The position numbers and the translations under genes are program-made. A DNA stretch of 64,000 nt from Chitinophagaceae bacterium (GTDB lineage: Bacteria > Bacteroidota > Bacteroidia > Chitinophagales > Chitinophagaceae). The notes below the pieces were generated by a model. The model saw only the letters and a program-made list of their open reading frames with translations, was not told the origin of the DNA and ran no database searches. Below are positions 60,829-64,000 of the stretch, in pieces. The DNA lies in NCBI GenBank assembly GCA_947374225.1, contig CANCAY010000001.1, positions 48,841-112,840 on the forward strand, in the 5' to 3' direction. Each line of letters opens with the position of its first letter. Position 1 is the first letter of the stretch.

Positions 60829-61803
60829 TTATTTTTTATTCAATGTTTCTAAAATCTCCGCCAAAACTGCCTGAGCAGCCCACACTCTATTCGATGCTTC
60901 TTTTGTAACCAAACTATTTGCTCCATCTAATACTTCATCACTTAACTCCACATTACGACGTACTGGCAAACAGTGCATTACTTTGGCATTATTGGAATTG
61001 GCTAATTTTGCATTAGTCAACATCCAATTTTCGTCAGTACATGTAACTTTTCCATATTCTTTAAAGCTACTCCAGTTTTTTACATATACAAAATCAGCAT
61101 CTTTCAACGCTGCTTCCTGATTGTTTGTTATAGTTGCTCCTTTGGTGTAATCTTCTGAAAGCTCATACCCTTCTGGATGCGTAATTACAAAATCTGCTTC
61201 TCCCCATGTAGTCATCCACTCACTAAAACTATTAGCCACGCATTGCGGTATTGGTTTGATATGTGGAGCCCATGTTAAAACCACTTTAGGCTTCTTATTT
61301 AATATTTTACTTTCTGTCAATGACTCATTAATAGTAATCAAATCCGTTAAAGACTGTAAAGGATGTAATGTAGCAGACTCTAAACTAATAACTGGAATAG
61401 CAGCATGCTTTATAAATTGATGTATAATTTTTTCTGCATAATCGTCTTCCCTGTTCTGCAAACTTGGGAAAGTACGAATACACAAAACATCGAAATAGTT
61501 ACCCAAAATGGGAGCAGCGTCCTTAATATGTTCCACTGTTGTTCCATTCATAATGGCCCCTTCTGTAAATTCTAAAGCCCAGCCCTCTTTGTCCACATTA
61601 AACACGATTGGCTCCATACCTAAATTTTGCGCAGCCAATTGTGTACTAAGTCTTGTTCTTAAACTTGGATTTAAAAATAGTAAACCAATTCTTTTATTAG
61701 CCCCTAAAGTTTTATCAATTAGCGGGTCCGCTTTATAGGCCAAAGCTCTTTTTACTAATGTATTAATATCATTTACATCCTTCACTGAAATAAACTGCTT
61801 CAT
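60829..61803 (-). CDS. argF': N-acylornithine carbamoyltransferase (ArgF', predicted N-succinylornithine type)
   Basis: SLRTRLS (not STRT), HPLQ, TWAPH, KNW, HCLPVRR. Confidence 0.9.
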   Translation of the reverse strand: MKQFISVKDVNDINTLVKRALAYKADPLIDKTLGANKRIGLLFLNPSLRTRLSTQLAAQNLGMEPIVFNVDKEGWALEFTEGAIMNGTTVEHIKDAAPILGNYFDVLCIRTFPSLQNREDDYAEKIIHQFIKHAAIPVISLESATLHPLQSLTDLITINESLTESKILNKKPKVVLTWAPHIKPIPQCVANSFSEWMTTWGEADFVITHPEGYELSEDYTKGATITNNQEAALKDADFVYVKNWSSFKEYGKVTCTDENWMLTNAKLANSNNAKVMHCLPVRRNVELSDEVLDGANSLVTKEASNRVWAAQAVLAEILETLNKK

Positions 61804-61807
61804 TCGC

Positions 61808-62959
61808 TTAATCTTTCTTTTGCGTCATTTGTTGAATCGCTCCATTCAACCCGGTTAAAAATAAATTAATGTCTTCCATCGAAATTGCTAAAGAAGGAAG
61901 TAAACGTATCACATTGGGCTTTGCTTCACCCGTAAATATTTTAAAATCATTTAATAAAACCTTCTTTAGGTCTTGTAAATGATCTTCCATTTCAAATCCA
62001 ATCATCAAACCTCTGCCTCTTACTACTTTCACACCCGTTGTGTTTCTTAATGCATTTATTAAATAGGCACCTTTCTCGCCTGCCGCTTTAATTAATTGAT
62101 CTTTTTGCATTACTTCAATCACAGCCAATGCTGCTGCACATGCTAATGGATTCCCTCCAAACGTGGTACCTAACATGCCAAACTTTGGTTGAATATGTGG
62201 CGCAATTAATATTCCTCCAATTGGGAAACCATTACCCATTCCTTTTGCCATTGAATAAATATCTGCATTCACACCTGCGTGGTCATGTGCAAAAAACTGT
62301 CCAGTTCTACCATAACCACATTGCACACTATCCGCTATATAAACCGCACCAAATTCATCACAAGCTTTTCTAATAGCTTGTAAGAAAATATCAGTTGCTT
62401 CATGAATTCCGGCTACCCCTTGTATTCCTTCAATAATTACGGCAGCAATTTCAGAACCCTGTGTCGCAAAACAAGCTTGCAAAGCAACAATGTCATTTAA
62501 TGGTAAGAATATAATATTATCTGTTTCATTTACAGGTGCGATAATACTTGAATTATCTGTTGCGGCAACAGCTAAAGAAGTTCTTCCGTGAAATGATTTT
62601 TTAAACGCAATAATTTTTTTTCGGCCAGTATGAAATGAAGCTAATTTCAAAGCATTCTCATTGGCTTCTGCACCACTATTACATAAGAATAATTGAAAAT
62701 CTTTTTTACTACTTATTTCATTCAATGCTGTTGCTAATTCCTCTTGAATTGGCATGATTACAGAGTTCGAATAAAAAGCGATCGCATGTAATTGATCCAC
62801 TATGCGTTTTACCCAATGTGGTTGTGTATGTCCAATACTAATTACAGCATGCCCACCATACATGTCTAAATACTCCTGTCCTTTGTCATCCCATACGCGG
62901 CTGCCAGCAGCTTTTGTAATAGCAATAGGGTTTAAAGGATATACGTTGAATAAAGACAT
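61808..62959 (-). CDS. argD: acetyl/succinyl-ornithine aminotransferase (class III PLP)
   Basis: YLDMYGGHAV, NSGAEANENA, SFHGRT, DSVQCGYGRTG, AKGMGNGFPIG. Confidence 0.92.
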   Translation of the reverse strand: MSLFNVYPLNPIAITKAAGSRVWDDKGQEYLDMYGGHAVISIGHTQPHWVKRIVDQLHAIAFYSNSVIMPIQEELATALNEISSKKDFQLFLCNSGAEANENALKLASFHTGRKKIIAFKKSFHGRTSLAVAATDNSSIIAPVNETDNIIFLPLNDIVALQACFATQGSEIAAVIIEGIQGVAGIHEATDIFLQAIRKACDEFGAVYIADSVQCGYGRTGQFFAHDHAGVNADIYSMAKGMGNGFPIGGILIAPHIQPKFGMLGTTFGGNPLACAAALAVIEVMQKDQLIKAAGEKGAYLINALRNTTGVKVVRGRGLMIGFEMEDHLQDLKKVLLNDFKIFTGEAKPNVIRLLPSLAISMEDINLFLTGLNGAIQQMTQKKD

Positions 62960-63028
62960 TAGAGATTTTTTAGTTTTAATTTATTATTTATAAATGAGCC
63001 AATTTAAGTAGGCCATTTGTTTGATCAT

Positions 63029-64000
63029 TTAAAAATAGTTGGCTTTTAATTGTAAGCCCATTGTTTCAGTAAGCCCAAATAATAAGTTCATATTTTGAAC
63101 CGCCTGTCCCACTGCCCCTTTTAATAAATTGTCTATTACAGAATGTATCGCCACTTTATTTCCCTGCTGTTCTAAATGAATTAAACATTTATTCGTATTC
63201 ACTACCTGCTTTAGATCAATATTATTTTTACTTACATGTGTAAAAGGATGCCAGTCATAAAAAGTCTCGTATAAATCATATAAACTTTCCAAAGTCTCAT
63301 TCGTTGTAATTACAGAAGTAACAAAAATACCTCTTGTGAAATCACCTCTCCAAGGTACAAAATTCAATGCTGCATTACTATTGCCTTGCAACTGATGTAA
63401 GCTTTGCTCTATTTCATGCAAGTGTTGATGTTGCAGTGTTTTATATGCTTGTATATTATTGGCCCTCCAGCTAAAATGACTTGTGGCACTTAAGCCTTGT
63501 CCCGCACCTGTAGAACCAGTTATGCCTGTAGTATAAACGTCTCCTAAAATACCTTTTTGTGCTAAAGGCAATAATCCCAATTGAATAGCTGTTGCGAAAC
63601 AACCAGGGTTCGCAATATTTTGTGCAGTTTGAATTGCTTCTTTATGCAATTCCGGTAATCCATAAATGAATTTTCTTTCTCCAATACTATGATGCGCAGT
63701 CAATCTAAAGTCCTGAGATAGGTCAATAATTTTAACTGTTGATTTTATTTCGTTAGCAGCTAAAAACTTTTTAGCATCACCATGACCTACACATAAAAAC
63801 AATACATCAATATCTTGATTTAATTCCCCAGTGAATACTAAATGAGTGTCTCCTACTAAATCTGCATGCACTTTACTCACTAATTCACCAGCACTACTAG
63901 TACTATGCACAAATTTAATGTTAGCATTTGGATGACGCAATAAAACACGTAGTAATTCACCACCTGTATAGCCTGCTCCACCAACAATACCAATATTAAT
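63029..64000 (-). CDS. argC: N-acetyl-gamma-glutamyl-phosphate reductase (5' end runs off the window)
   Basis: frame stays open to base 64000 (INIGIVGGAGYTGGEL); ANPGCFAT, DNLLKGAVGQAVQNMN. Confidence 0.95.
   Translation of the reverse strand: MNIGIVGGAGYTGGELLRVLLRHPNANIKFVHSTSSAGELVSKVHADLVGDTHLVFTGELNQDIDVLFLCVGHGDAKKFLAANEIKSTVKIIDLSQDFRLTAHHSIGERKFIYGLPELHKEAIQTAQNIANPGCFATAIQLGLLPLAQKGILGDVYTTGITGSTGAGQGLSATSHFSWRANNIQAYKTLQHQHLHEIEQSLHQLQGNSNAALNFVPWRGDFTRGIFVTSVITTNETLESLYDLYETFYDWHPFTHVSKNNIDLKQVVNTNKCLIHLEQQGNKVAIHSVIDNLLKGAVGQAVQNMNLLFGLTETMGLQLKANYF

Overview
A gene-dense, AT-rich (about one-third GC by eye) bacterial chromosome segment. Protein style, TAnnTTTG promoters and PorZ/GldA-like genes point to Bacteroidota, probably Chitinophagaceae (inference). 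It is almost all housekeeping: translation (prfA, alaS, gatB, tsaB), central carbon (fused BCKDH E1, lone 2-oxoacid:ferredoxin oxidoreductase alpha, eno, acs, ppc), the mreBCD-mrdA-rodA operon, purD, rpoN, long-form ispG, envelope genes (KdnA-like aminotransferase, MMPL, LpxL-like, GH3/serine hydrolase fusion, PorZ), DNA repair (nth, AlkA-like) and an arginine operon (argC partial, argD, argF', argB, M20, argH). I saw no tRNA, rRNA, CRISPR array, integrase or transposase. The one region the gene map does not explain is the ~610-bp gap between the convergent acs and POT-transporter genes (15338-15950). It holds a 3x19-bp tandem repeat, two ~160-180-nt imperfect hairpins with different stems but the same capping core in opposite orientations (TGTCTGAGC-[GNA-triloop hairpin]-GCGAGTTC), and a duplicated arm. 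The caps have features typical of folded single-stranded DNA, suggesting a REP/BIME-like or ssDNA-signal element. Other points of interest are a catalytically dead class D beta-lactamase-fold lipoprotein, a Cys-free ArsR/tandem-rhodanese pair, several apparently leaderless genes, an orphan kdnA, and a possible acs-MFS-small protein acetate uptake module. All family calls are from motif recognition and memory; no database search was run.
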